From assembly GCA_963702435.1 (NCBI GenBank), contig CAVPCR010000001.1, positions 800,001 through 864,000 on the forward strand: a stretch of 64,000 nt of DNA, written 5' to 3'. The position numbers were made by a program, and so were the translations under genes. This DNA comes from Candidatus Eiseniibacteriota bacterium. GTDB taxonomy: Bacteria; Eisenbacteria; RBG-16-71-46; CAVPCR01. Position 1 is the first letter of the stretch; every line of letters begins with the position of its first letter. Shown one piece after another: positions 1 to 11,530 of the stretch. The notes under the pieces were generated by a model, which was not told where the DNA came from, made no database searches, and was given only the letters and a program-made list of their open reading frames with translations.

Positions 1-1320
1 CGCGACCGTGAAGGCCGGCGCGTAGGCCGGGAGCGCGCCGCCCGTGACGTGCGCGGCCAGCAGCTCGCCGGCCGCCTCGCCCGCCATCAGACCGAAGCCC
101 GAGAGCGCCCCGATCACGTACGCCCCGGCCACCGGAAGCGGCCCGATGAGCGGCCGGTTCTCGCGCGTCTTCGTGTAGTAGCCGCCGTCCACCGCCGGCC
201 GCGGCGCGTGTCCCCAGTAGGTGCCGAGCGCGGGGAGCATGGTCGTGAGTCCGCGCAGCACGATATCGGGAAAGGCCGGATCGAACGCGAGCGGCCAGGT
301 CTCCGCGACCGGCGCCGCATCGTAGGCCCAGAGCATGAGGACGATCGGGCTCCCCGCCGCGCCCTCGGGACGCGCGTGCACGCCTCCGGGAAACGGGGCG
401 AGGAGCCACGCGGTGTCGGCCGACTCGGCGAGCGCCGCGCGCTCGTCGTCCGTCCAGCCGAGGGCCTGCGGATCGGTCCAGATGAGAAGCGGTGCGTCGC
501 GCGGGATCGCGCCCCGGTGATCGGTGAAGGCGATCTTCGCGTGCCGCTCCGAGAAGACCGGAAGCTCGAGCTCGATGAGGCGCGCGACCGGCGCGACGAA
601 GGGGCCGGCCGCATTCACGAAGACCGGAGTGTCGACCCGGCCGCCCGCGGCCAGTGTGACCGCGCGCACGCGACCGCCGGCGACCGCGACGCGCTCGACG
701 CGATCGCGCACGAGCTCGACGCCGTGCGCGCGCGCCCGTTCGAGGAGCGTCGTGCCGAGCTCCTGCCCGGAGAACCAGCCCGCGCGCCGGAGATGGAGCG
801 CGGCCACCGTGCGCGGCGAGAGATAGGGGAAGTGCGCGCGGAGCACGGCCGGATCGCGGATCAGGTCGGCTCCGTCCGGCTGCCCCTCGAAGCCGAGATC
901 GCCCGCGGTCGCCGCCGCCGCGACCGCGACCGGCACGTAGTCCCCCTCGCGGAGCGGGCCCGCGCCCTGCGCGGCGGCGCGCGCCGCCGCCGCCGCGAGC
1001 GACGCGGCGCGCTCCGGATCGGCGGTCGCATACACGTAGCCGCGCCGGCTCATGCGGAACGCATTCCCGGTCTCCCGCGCCAGGTCCTCGAGGAGGTCGA
1101 TGCTCCGGCTCATCAGACGCACCATGGCATCGTCGGGCCCGGGCCAGAAGGTCCGGTAGCACTCGGTCGACTTGTCGCTCGTGAGCGAGAGCGGCGGCCG
1201 CTCGTCGACGAGGAGGATGCGCCCGGCGCGGCCCGCGGCGCGCTGCCGGGCCAGGTGATGAGCGGCGGCGATCCCGGCGATGCCGGCCCCGCAGATCACC
1301 ATGTCGGCCGTGCGGACCAT
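1..1320 (-). CDS. FAD-dependent oxidoreductase (DAO/sarcosine-oxidase-beta-like), 3' end runs off the window
   Basis: Manual translation from the ATG at 1320 gives MVRTADMVICGAGIAGIAAAHHLAR (GxGxxG dinucleotide fold). The frame is open to the window edge, so it is absent from the ORF track. Confidence 0.85.
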   Translation of the reverse strand, partial: MVRTADMVICGAGIAGIAAAHHLARQRAAGRAGRILLVDERPPLSLTSDKSTECYRTFWPGPDDAMVRLMSRSIDLLEDLARETGNAFRMSRRGYVYATADPERAASLAAAAARAAAQGAGPLREGDYVPVAVAAAATAGDLGFEGQPDGADLIRDPAVLRAHFPYLSPRTVAALHLRRAGWFSGQELGTTLLERARAHGVELVRDRVERVAVAGGRVRAVTLAAGGRVDTPVFVNAAGPFVAPVARLIELELPVFSERHAKIAFTDHRGAIPRDAPLLIWTDPQALGWTDDERAALAESADTAWLLAPFPGGVHARPEGAAGSPIVLMLWAYDAAPVAETWPLAFDPAFPDIVLRGLTTMLPALGTYWGHAPRPAVDGGYYTKTRENRPLIGPLPVAGAYVIGALSGFGLMAGEAAGELLAAHVTGGALPAYAPAFTVA

Positions 1321-1326
1321 GGTGGC

Positions 1327-2247
1327 TCAGGGCGCGGGGAGGAGCCCGGCCGCTTCGAGCTCCGCCGCGACGCGGGCCTCGGTCGCCGCATCGAGCGCGA
1401 GGAGCGGCGGGCGCACGGGCCAGCGCGGGAAGCCGGCCGCGCGCGCGAGGAGCGCCTTCAAGAGCGCCGGCGCCGGCGGGTAGCGATCGAGGATCGCCCG
1501 CACCGCGGCGATCCGCGCCTGGACCGCCGGGGCCTCCTCCCCACGCGCGTGCGCGTCCCACACCTGGCGGAGTTCGGGCGAGTAGAGGTTCGCGGGCGCG
1601 GTGATGCAGCCGGCGGCGCCGGCCGCCAGCGCCGGCGCAAAAAGTGGATCCGTGCCGTTGAAAATGACGAGGCCGCGACCGAAGCGCGCGCCGAGCGCGC
1701 GGGCGTGACCGAGGTCGGCGGAGGAGTCCTTGAGGCCGGCGAAGCGCCCGGGAAAGGCCGCGGCGAGCCGGGCGAGGAGATCGAGCGAGAGCGGGACCCC
1801 GGACACGCCGGGGATGTGGTAGCCGAGAAGCCGAGCCCCCGCCGGCACCGCGCGCTCGACGACCGCGCTGAACCAGGCGAAGAGGCCGTCGTCGGTCGCG
1901 CGCCGGTAGTAATAGGGCGGGAGGACGATGGTCCCGTCGAAGCCGAGGTCATACGCCGCGCGCGTGAGGGCGATCGTCTCCTCGAGGCTCGGCGTGCCGG
2001 TCCCGGCGAGGAGGCGGAAGCCGGGATGCTCGTCGCGGACGCGGCGCGCCGCCGTGAAGATCGCGATCCGCTCGGCCTGGGCGAAGGAGGGGCCTTCCCC
2101 GGTCGTCCCCAGGATGAGCGCGCCGTGACAGCCGCGCCGGGCGAGGAAGGAGAGGAGCGGCGGGATCGCGGCGAGATCGGGCGCAAAGTCCGCCGTGAGC
2201 GGCGTCACCGCCGCGGCGAAGACGCCGCCGAGAGCGTTTTGTTCCAT
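1327..2247 (-). CDS. Dihydrodipicolinate synthase (DapA/NanA) family protein
   Basis: GTTGEG motif, PPYYY, YHIP and the Schiff-base Lys in GLKDSS. Alternative start at 2259. Confidence 0.9.
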   Translation of the reverse strand: MEQNALGGVFAAAVTPLTADFAPDLAAIPPLLSFLARRGCHGALILGTTGEGPSFAQAERIAIFTAARRVRDEHPGFRLLAGTGTPSLEETIALTRAAYDLGFDGTIVLPPYYYRRATDDGLFAWFSAVVERAVPAGARLLGYHIPGVSGVPLSLDLLARLAAAFPGRFAGLKDSSADLGHARALGARFGRGLVIFNGTDPLFAPALAAGAAGCITAPANLYSPELRQVWDAHARGEEAPAVQARIAAVRAILDRYPPAPALLKALLARAAGFPRWPVRPPLLALDAATEARVAAELEAAGLLPAP

Positions 2248-2377
2248 GACCGGTCCCATCCGTGGGCCGCAAGACCGAGTCGCCAGGCCATAGCAAGAGC
2301 GAGGCCCGGAGGATCACTCCACCGGGCCTCGCTCGAGTATAGCCGATCCGGAAGCCGGCCGGGATGTCGGCTCTCGT

Positions 2378-3133
2378 CTACCGCGCGAACACCGACTTGA
2401 CCTGACCCCAGGTCGCGGGCTCGACCGCGGTCGCGCCGTGGCAGGCCCACTGCGCGATGTTGTTCGCGAGAAGCGTGTTCTGTGCGGCTCCGATGGAGCT
2501 GTTGGCGAACATGTTGTGATCGCCGGTGACGAGGACCCGCCCCGCGTGCGGGAAGCCGGTCGCCGGCTCGAGGACGACCATGAAGGTGTTGTTGGCGTTG
2601 TCCACGCCGAGGCGCAGGGCGTCCCCGCCATAGTTGAAGGTGGAGTTCGTGACGTAGTAGAAGCTCGAGACGCCGGCAATGATCGGGTGGGCGTTCACCG
2701 TCGTGCCATTCGCACTGCCGCTGATCGCCGTGTAGCCGGTCACCCCGTACACCTGGGTGAAGGACTCGTAGGCCGGGAGCGGAAAGATGTCGGCGGTCAC
2801 GATGAGCGTGCCGCCGGCGTTGATCCAGGCCTGGAGCGCGGTCTGCTCGGCGGCGGAGAGGATGCCCGTCGCCGTCGAGAGGAGCGATGTGTAGAAGACG
2901 TCGACCGAGCCCAGGTACGCCGCCGTCAGGCTCGGCGCCGCCGCGGAGATGGTGCCGCCGTTCGCCGTGATGATGTTGCGCAGCGTCGAGTGCTCGGTCC
3001 CGTTACTCAGTACGCCGCCGGCATAGTTGATGCGGGTGGCATCGAAGCTGCCCCAGCGGCACCCGGTCTGGGCGGCGGCGACGGTGGGGAGGGCGACGAG
3101 CAGGACGAGAGCAATCGTTATCCAGGACTTCAA
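2378..3133 (-). CDS. Secreted protein (GATase-like/DUF4350-like alpha-beta domain) with C-terminal TWGQVKS tail
   Basis: GGAGGT Shine-Dalgarno 7 nt before the TTG at 3133; signal peptide LKSWITIALVLLVALPTVAAA; ends TAVEPATWGQVKSVFAR. Confidence 0.8.
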   Translation of the reverse strand: MKSWITIALVLLVALPTVAAAQTGCRWGSFDATRINYAGGVLSNGTEHSTLRNIITANGGTISAAAPSLTAAYLGSVDVFYTSLLSTATGILSAAEQTALQAWINAGGTLIVTADIFPLPAYESFTQVYGVTGYTAISGSANGTTVNAHPIIAGVSSFYYVTNSTFNYGGDALRLGVDNANNTFMVVLEPATGFPHAGRVLVTGDHNMFANSSIGAAQNTLLANNIAQWACHGATAVEPATWGQVKSVFAR

Positions 3134-3364
3134 TTGGAGGACCTCCGTATCCGAGATGTGTACAAGGCAGGTGGGGCGCGGGCCCCGGTGAGGACGTGAT
3201 CGTAGCACGGACCGCCCGAACTCCGGGCCACTATCAGGTTCGCACCACCCGCAAAAAAGAGGACCTCTTCCTCGCAAGATCCTTTATCTTCTTCGCGTGC
3301 CCCGCCGCAAGCGCGGCAAGGGCCGCATGCGTCAACCTGAAGGACGGGTCCACGGGAGATCCCC

Positions 3365-4498
3365 ATGAACCGGAAGCTCGTTCGTTCGGCCCTTGTTGCC
3401 GCCGCCCTGCTCCTCGCCGCCGCCGGCCTCTCCCCTGCTGCCACCTTGGATCCCAGCGCCACCTGCGGGGAGTGCCACAAGGACATCCACCGGATGTGGT
3501 CGGCGTCGGCGCACGCCCGCTCCATGGAGGACGAGGTCTTCCTCGAGGCCTACCGCGAGGCCAAGTCCACCGAGAGCGAGGCGGTGGCGAGGCAGTGCCT
3601 CGCCTGCCACGCGCCGCTCACCGCGGTCAACGCCGACTGGAACCTCGCCCAGAAGATCACCTGGGAAGGCGTCCACTGCGACGTCTGCCACGGCATGACC
3701 GGGGTGGACATGACCGGCCCCAATCCGCGGCCGGTCCTCGACATCGGGAAGGTCAAGCGCGGGCCGATCAAGGACGCGGCGTCCTCCGCGCACGAGGTCG
3801 CATTCTCGGAGCTGCACACGACCGCCCTCGCCTGCGCCCCGTGCCACGAGGGCTCGACTGCCGACGGGGTCAAGGTGATGACGACCTACACCGAGTACCT
3901 GGCGAGCGGCGCGGCCAGGGACGGGAAGACCTGCCAGACCTGCCACATGGGGAAGACGCGGGCCAACGTGGTGGACCCGAAGGTCGCGCGGGTCGCGACC
4001 GCTGAGGTCAACCTGCACGAGGTGCCCGGCGGCCACTCGCTCGATCAGCTGCACAAGGCGCTGCAGGTGGCGCTCGACCCGAAACGCCAGGGCGATTCGC
4101 TCCTCGTCACCGTGCGCCTCACCAACAAGGGTGCCGGCCATGCGGTCCCCACCGGCATGCCGGGGCGCCGGGTGATCCTGGATCTCGCGGTCCGCAGCGG
4201 CACCGGCGATGCGTTCGAGGGAAAGCGGGTCTACACGAAGACCTTCAGCGACGCCCAGGGCGCGACCATCACGCGCGACAGCAAGTACTTCACCAGGGGC
4301 TTGCAGCTCGAGGCCGACACCCGCATCCAGGCCGACGAGAAGCGCACGGAGGTCTTCAGCTTCCCGGTGCCCGCCTCGGCTACCGCGCACGTGACGCTCA
4401 AGCTCCATTACGAGCACACGCCGACGGGCGGACCCGAGAATCGCACCTGGCTCACCTTCTACTCGGAGAACCGGACGCTGCCGCCCGGCGGGCGCTAG
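3365..4498 (+). CDS. Periplasmic pentaheme cytochrome c (c554-like) with C-terminal beta-sandwich domain
   Basis: Signal peptide and 5 CxxCH motifs (CGECH, CLACH, CDVCH, CAPCH, CQTCH). Confidence 0.9.
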   Translation: MNRKLVRSALVAAALLLAAAGLSPAATLDPSATCGECHKDIHRMWSASAHARSMEDEVFLEAYREAKSTESEAVARQCLACHAPLTAVNADWNLAQKITWEGVHCDVCHGMTGVDMTGPNPRPVLDIGKVKRGPIKDAASSAHEVAFSELHTTALACAPCHEGSTADGVKVMTTYTEYLASGAARDGKTCQTCHMGKTRANVVDPKVARVATAEVNLHEVPGGHSLDQLHKALQVALDPKRQGDSLLVTVRLTNKGAGHAVPTGMPGRRVILDLAVRSGTGDAFEGKRVYTKTFSDAQGATITRDSKYFTRGLQLEADTRIQADEKRTEVFSFPVPASATAHVTLKLHYEHTPTGGPENRTWLTFYSENRTLPPGGR

Positions 4499-4551
4499 AC
4501 GCCGGCATCACGAGACACGCGAAGCAGGGACACTCAGGGAGGAGATAACGG

Positions 4552-5028
4552 ATGGCGAAGGATTCGCATTCCACGGGGCAGATCCACGGCGGCGCGGGGG
4601 CTCCGGTCTCGAGGCGCGGCTTCCTGGACGGGCTCCTCGCCCTCTCGGTCGGGGCGCTGGCGGCGGCGGTGGTCTATCCCATCATCCGCTACCTGAGCCC
4701 GCCTCGTGTCCCGGAGGCGACGACCAACCGGATCCTCGCCGCCAAGAAGCCGGAGCTCGCCCAGGAAGGATGGAAGATCTTTCCCTTCGGCTCGGAGCCG
4801 GGGATCCTGATCGAGGTGAATCCCGGCGAGTATCGCGCCTTCTCGGCCACCTGCACGCATCTCGATTGCACGGTGCAGTTCGAGAAGGGCTCGCGCCGCA
4901 TCTGGTGCGCCTGTCACAACGGCTTCTACGATCTGAACGGACGCAACGTCGCCGGCCCCCCTCCCCACCCGCTCACGCCGTACACCGTGCAGGTCGAGGG
5001 CGACGACATCTTCGTCACCCGCTCGTGA
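4552..5028 (+). CDS. Rieske 2Fe-2S subunit of a quinol:cytochrome c oxidoreductase
   Basis: Tat motif SRRGFL plus TM helix; ligand boxes CTHLDC and CACHNG; GGAGGAG SD. Confidence 0.93.
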   Translation: MAKDSHSTGQIHGGAGAPVSRRGFLDGLLALSVGALAAAVVYPIIRYLSPPRVPEATTNRILAAKKPELAQEGWKIFPFGSEPGILIEVNPGEYRAFSATCTHLDCTVQFEKGSRRIWCACHNGFYDLNGRNVAGPPPHPLTPYTVQVEGDDIFVTRS

Positions 5029-5092
5029 CGCGGGAGAGAGAGAGCGCGCGCGCCGCGCGGCCCCAGGACTCAAGGCAAGGTGGAGGTTCGGC

Positions 5093-6250
5093 ATGGGATG
5101 GGATCAAGTCGGCCGCTGGCTCGATGACCGGATCGGGCTCGCGGGCCTCAAGCATCTCGCGGAGAAGAAGACCGTACCGGTCCACCGCGAGACCCCCTGG
5201 TACTACTTCGGGGGCATGACCCTCTTCTTCTTCATCGTGCAGGTCGCGACCGGGATCATGCTCATGCTCTACTACCGGCCGTCGGCCGAGGGCGCCTTCG
5301 AATCGGTGCAGTTCATCATCACCCAGGTGCCGTTCGGCTGGCTCATCCGCTCGATCCACTCCTGGTCGGCCAATCTCATGGTGCTCGCCGCCTTCGTGCA
5401 CCTGTTCTCGGTGTTCTTCCTGAAGGCCTACCGGGCTCCGCGCGAGGTGACCTGGCTCTCCGGGTTCCTGCTCCTCGTGCTCGCTCTCGCCTTCGGCTTC
5501 TCCGGCTATCTCCTGCCGTGGAACAAGCTCGCCTTCTTCGCCACCAAGGTGGGCACCGACATCGCCGGGGCGATGCCGTTCGTCGGCGGGTTCATCCTCC
5601 GCTTCCTGCGCGGCGGCGACCACGTCACCGGCGGCACGCTCTCCCGGTTCTACGGCGTGCACGTGGCGATCCTGCCGGCGATGACGACGGCGCTCCTCGC
5701 CCTCCATCTGATCCTCGTGCAGAAGCACGGCATGAGCGTGCCGCCGCACATCGAGCGGGAGCCCGAACCGAAGGCGAAGGGCATGCCCTTCGTGCCGGAC
5801 TTCCTCCTCCGCGACCTCTTCGGCTGGACGCTCGCGCTCGCCGTCCTGGCCACGCTCGCGGCGCTCTTCCCGTGGGAGCTCGGGGAGAAGGCCGACCCCT
5901 TCGCGCCGGCCTTCGCCAACATCAAGCCCGAGTGGTACTTCATGTTCATGTTCCAGACGCTCAAGTACATCCCCGGCGGCGAGCTCTTCGGCCTCGAGAA
6001 CGAGTCCTATGCGGTCATCGGCTTCGGGCTCGCCGGGCTCGCCGCTTTCCTCGTGCCGTTCCTCGACCGCCGCGTCGAGCGCGAGGGGAAGAGCCCGCCG
6101 TTCACGATCGCCGGGGTGATCGCCCTCCTCTTCATCGTCGTCCTCACCTGCGCCGGCTACCACGCCTGGTGGCCGGCGGCGGCGGCGGTGGCGCTCACGG
6201 TCCTCCCGTGGCTCGCCGGACGTGCCGCCGCGCGCGGAGGTCGGACATGA
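5093..6250 (+). CDS. Cytochrome b (b6 and subunit IV fused)
   Basis: Heme His pairs IHSW...VH and VHV...LH, GYLLPW, and the Qo motif KPEWY. Confidence 0.95.
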   Translation: MGWDQVGRWLDDRIGLAGLKHLAEKKTVPVHRETPWYYFGGMTLFFFIVQVATGIMLMLYYRPSAEGAFESVQFIITQVPFGWLIRSIHSWSANLMVLAAFVHLFSVFFLKAYRAPREVTWLSGFLLLVLALAFGFSGYLLPWNKLAFFATKVGTDIAGAMPFVGGFILRFLRGGDHVTGGTLSRFYGVHVAILPAMTTALLALHLILVQKHGMSVPPHIEREPEPKAKGMPFVPDFLLRDLFGWTLALAVLATLAALFPWELGEKADPFAPAFANIKPEWYFMFMFQTLKYIPGGELFGLENESYAVIGFGLAGLAAFLVPFLDRRVEREGKSPPFTIAGVIALLFIVVLTCAGYHAWWPAAAAVALTVLPWLAGRAAARGGRT

Positions 6251-7953
6251 ACGCACGCGACTCGATCTGCCGGGCGTCGCTCGCGATCCTGGTCCTCTCC
6301 GCGACCGCGCTCCTCGCGGCCGGCGCCGCCGCCCAGCCGGGGGCGCCCGCCAAGAGCTCGTCCTGCGTCACCTGCCACGCGGGACTCGACGACCAGCTGC
6401 TCGCGCCGACCACGCACTGGGCGGCCGACGTGCACGCGGGAGCCGGGCTCGGCTGCACCGACTGCCACGGCGGAGATCCGACGGCGGACGATCCCGAGGC
6501 CTCGATGTCGCCGGCCAAGGGGTTCAAGAAGAGCCCCGGCCGGCTCGAGATCGCCGGGTTCTGCGCTCGCTGCCACTCCGACGCCGTGTACATGAAGAGG
6601 TTCAACCCGCAGGCGCGCGTGGACCAGCTCATCGAGTACCGCACGAGCGTGCACGGGAAGCTGAATGCGAGCGGCGACCCGACGCCGGCGACCTGCACCG
6701 ACTGCCACGGCGCCCACGGAGTGCGCCCGGTCTCGTCGCCGGACTCGCCGGTCTATGCGACCAACGTGCCGGAGACCTGCGCGCGCTGTCACTCCGACGC
6801 AGCCCTGATGGCGCCCTACGGCATCCCGACCGATCAGCTCGCGGAGTACCGGCGGAGCGCGCACGCCGCGGCGCTCTACGAAGCCGGCGACGTGTCGGCG
6901 CCCGCCTGCAACGACTGCCACGGAAACCACGGCGCGACACCACCAGGCGTCCAGTCGGTGGCCAACGTCTGCGGCCAGTGTCACGGGCGGGAGCAGACTC
7001 TCTTCACCGCCTCGTTCAAGGAGAAGCTCTTCGAGGACCTGGGGGTCGCCCAGTGCTCGGTGTGCCACGGCCATCACCAGGTATTGCATCCCACCCCCGA
7101 GCTCTTCAACTCGGACTCGGAGCCGGCCGTGTCCCAGGGCGAGGTGGTCGAGAAGCGGCCCTTCGCCGCGGCCATCGGCGCCATCCCGGCGGGCGGGCAG
7201 GCCGAGGCCGTATGGCGCACGGTGCTCCGGCCGCACATCAAGCCGGGCGACGAGCGCTTCGGACACACGATCGAGATCACGGCCGCCGGCCTCACCGCAC
7301 CCCTCACGCTGGATGCGACCGTCGAGCCGGGCCCGGTCGTCCCGGGAACCCTGGTGCGGAAGACGGCGGCCGGGCCGCTGGCCGCGACCCTCGAGATCGA
7401 GCCGCTCTCCGGCACGCCGGTCCAGGGCGGCGACGCGCTCAGGATGAAGCTCGTGCTGGCGGCCACGGCGGCCGTCGAGGAGGTCCGGATCACGGATCGC
7501 CCGGGCGCGGCCGTCGACCCCCTGGCCGGGTCGGCCTGTCTCGGCTGCCACACGCGCGGCGACCCCTGCGACGAGCAGACCGCGCGTATGTACGCGGCCC
7601 TCTCGAGCCTCGACCGCGAGCTCCGCGCGGCGGGTGAGACGCTCCATCGCGCCGAGATCGCCGGCATGGAGGTGAGCGAGCCCCTGTTCGAGCTCAAGAG
7701 CAAGGGGAAGCCGGCGACAGTCGAGTCGCGCGCGCTGATCCACAGCTTCGACCCCGATCGGCTCACCGCGCGCACCGACGAGGGGAAGAGCATCGCCGCG
7801 GCGGCGCGCGCCGCCGGGGAACGGGCCCTCGCCGAGATCAAGACCCGGCGGACGGGGCTCCTCGTGTCGCTCGTCCTCGTGGCCCTGGTCCTCGCCGCGC
7901 TCGGGCTCAAGATCCGCGAGGTCGAACGGGAGCGGCGGGCCCGCGCTGCGTAA
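6247..7953 (+). CDS. Membrane-anchored nonaheme cytochrome c
   Basis: ATGA overlap with cytochrome b; signal peptide; 9 CxxCH motifs; C-terminal TM helix [18 protein letters not shown]. Confidence 0.9.
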   Translation: MNARDSICRASLAILVLSATALLAAGAAAQPGAPAKSSSCVTCHAGLDDQLLAPTTHWAADVHAGAGLGCTDCHGGDPTADDPEASMSPAKGFKKSPGRLEIAGFCARCHSDAVYMKRFNPQARVDQLIEYRTSVHGKLNASGDPTPATCTDCHGAHGVRPVSSPDSPVYATNVPETCARCHSDAALMAPYGIPTDQLAEYRRSAHAAALYEAGDVSAPACNDCHGNHGATPPGVQSVANVCGQCHGREQTLFTASFKEKLFEDLGVAQCSVCHGHHQVLHPTPELFNSDSEPAVSQGEVVEKRPFAAAIGAIPAGGQAEAVWRTVLRPHIKPGDERFGHTIEITAAGLTAPLTLDATVEPGPVVPGTLVRKTAAGPLAATLEIEPLSGTPVQGGDALRMKLVLAATAAVEEVRITDRPGAAVDPLAGSACLGCHTRGDPCDEQTARMYAALSSLDRELRAAGETLHRAEIAGMEVSEPLFELKSKGKPATVESRALIHSFDPDRLTARTDEGKSIAAAARAAGERALAEIKTRRTGLLVSLVLVALVLAALGLKIREVERERRARAA

Positions 7954-8069
7954 GAGCGCCGCCGCCGATCGAAACCGAGCCGCGCGCCGGTTCCCCCCGG
8001 GGGTGCCGGCGCGCCGCACTTCCGGCGCAAATCATTGTCCTACAAAGCGTTGGACCGGAGACCTGACGC

Positions 8070-8109
8070 CGGTACACCCCTTGCAAGTTCCTCCGCGACG
8101 CACTACGAT
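8070..8109 (+). promoter_or_regulatory. Overlapping putative sigma54 (-24/-12) and sigma70 promoters upstream of the aminotransferase-pckA operon
   Basis: CGGTACACCCCTTGCA (GG-N10-GC) at 8070-8085; TTGCAA(8081-8086)-17 nt-TACGAT(8104-8109). Confidence 0.5.
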
Positions 8110-8305
8110 GCATGGAGTCCGGCGGCGAGAAACAGCCCGCCGGGCTCGAGGCGAAGCGCCGGGATCCCATCCCTCCTCGGCTTCGATCGCCATGCCTCCA
8201 GTGCAGGTCCATTGACACGTGGACACGTCCACATGGGCGCGCGCTGAATCCCTTGAATCCCGCTCCGACCCCGAGGCAGGTCGATATCGAAGGAAGGTGG
8301 AGGCC

Positions 8306-9519
8306 ATGAGCATCAGTCAGCTGGCCCGGTCTGTCCGCGAATCCCCCACGCTCAAGCTCAACGAGACGGCCGCCTCGCTCCGCGACAAGGGCGAGCCGGT
8401 CATTCATCTCGGAGGAGGTGAACCGAAGAGCAAGGCGCCGATCGACGCCGTGGTGAACTGCGCAACACAGCTCAACACGGGCGATGTGCGCTACGCGCCG
8501 GCGGACGGCTTGCCCGCGCTCAAGAAGGCGATCATCCGCTACACCGAGGAGCACTACCGGAAGCTCGTCGCGCCGGAGAACATCGTCGTCTCGAGCGGGG
8601 CCAAGCAGTCCATCATGAACATCCTGTACTGCATCCTCGAGCCCAAGGACGAGGTCATCTTCCCGGCACCCTACTGGGTGAGCTACCCGGAGATGGTGAA
8701 GATCGCCGGCGGGGTGCCGGTCGTGATCACGCCCGAGGACGGCACCTTCCACCCGCGGATCGAGGAGATCGCGCGCGCGGTGGGCTCCTATACCAGGGCC
8801 ATCATCCTCAACAGCCCGAACAATCCGTCGGGGGCCATGTACTCGCGCGACTTCATCGCCGACGTCGTCTCGCTCTGCGAGCGCAAGAACCTCTACCTGA
8901 TCATGGACGACCTCTACAACCGGCTCGTCTTCGAGGGGAAGACCGCGCCCAACGCCTACGAGTTCGCCCAGGACCAGAGCGAGACCGCGAAGCTGATCAC
9001 GGTCCAGGGCGTCTCCAAGATGTACGCGATGACCGGTTTCCGCATCGGCTGGGCGATCGTGCACAAGGAGCTGGCGCGGGCGATGGCCAACATCCAGTCG
9101 CACCAGACCTCGGGCCCGTCCACCGTGTCGCAGTGGGCGGCGATCGGCGCCCTGAACGGAGTGCAGACCTCGATCAGCAATCTGCGCCTCACTCTCGAGA
9201 ACAACCGCAATGTGATGGTGGACCGGCTCCGCGCCTTCAACGGGGTCAAGGTGACCAAGCCCGACGGCACCTTCTACTGCTTCCCCGACTTCACCGCTTA
9301 CAACAAGGACTCGGTGAAGCTCGCCGAGTTCCTGCTCGAGAAGGTGCGCGTGGTGGTCGTCCCCGGCAAGGAGTTCGGGATGGAAGGGCACCTGCGCCTC
9401 TCCTACTGCGGGACGATCAAGGAGGTCACCGAGGGCATCGAGCGCATCAAGTGGGCGCTCGATCCGAACGCTCCGAACGAGCTGTTCATGGGCGACCGCA
9501 AGCTGGTGAGGGACTGGCT

Positions 9520-9523
<4 letters not shown>
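8306..9523 (+). CDS. aspC: PLP-dependent class I/II aminotransferase (aspartate aminotransferase-like)
   Basis: GGAGG SD; PYWVSY, NSPNNPSG, and the PLP Lys in SKMYAMTGFRIG. Confidence 0.9.
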
Positions 9524-11184
<1,661 letters not shown>

Positions 11185-11221
11185 AGGAGGCGGCACCATC
11201 CTGCGCGTCGTTGCCTGTGTA

Positions 11222-11530
11222 GTGAGCGCCCTCCTCCTGGGCGCTCACTACTTTCGAGGCGGGAACACCGTGCTCGCCGCGTGCGCCGCGCTCTCGCCGC
11301 TCCTCCTCCTCGTCCGCCGTCCGCTCGCCCGGCGCGTCTTCTCGATCCTCCTCCTCGCCGGCGCGCTCGAGTGGGTGCGCACGCTCCTCGTCACCGTGAG
11401 CATGCGGCGAGCGATGGGCGCGCCGTGGGGCCGGCTCGCGCTCATCCTCGGCGCGGTCGCTCTGTTCACGGCCGCCGCCGCGCTCTGGATCCGCCGGGCG
11501 CCGCCGCTGCGGGCACCGCGGGACGAGTGA
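11222..11530 (+). CDS. Small membrane protein (about 4 TM)
   Basis: Hydrophobic ORF (LLLGAHYFR, GAPWGRLALILG) whose stop overlaps the next start. Start uncertain. Confidence 0.7.
   Translation: MSALLLGAHYFRGGNTVLAACAALSPLLLLVRRPLARRVFSILLLAGALEWVRTLLVTVSMRRAMGAPWGRLALILGAVALFTAAAALWIRRAPPLRAPRDE

Noticed and set aside
49..2400. 783-aa plus-strand ORF, and similar long ORFs at 18038-20335, 39097-43275 and 50578-54417
   Set aside because: Antisense shadows of well-supported minus-strand genes; Arg/Gly-rich with no motifs, as expected in high-GC DNA.
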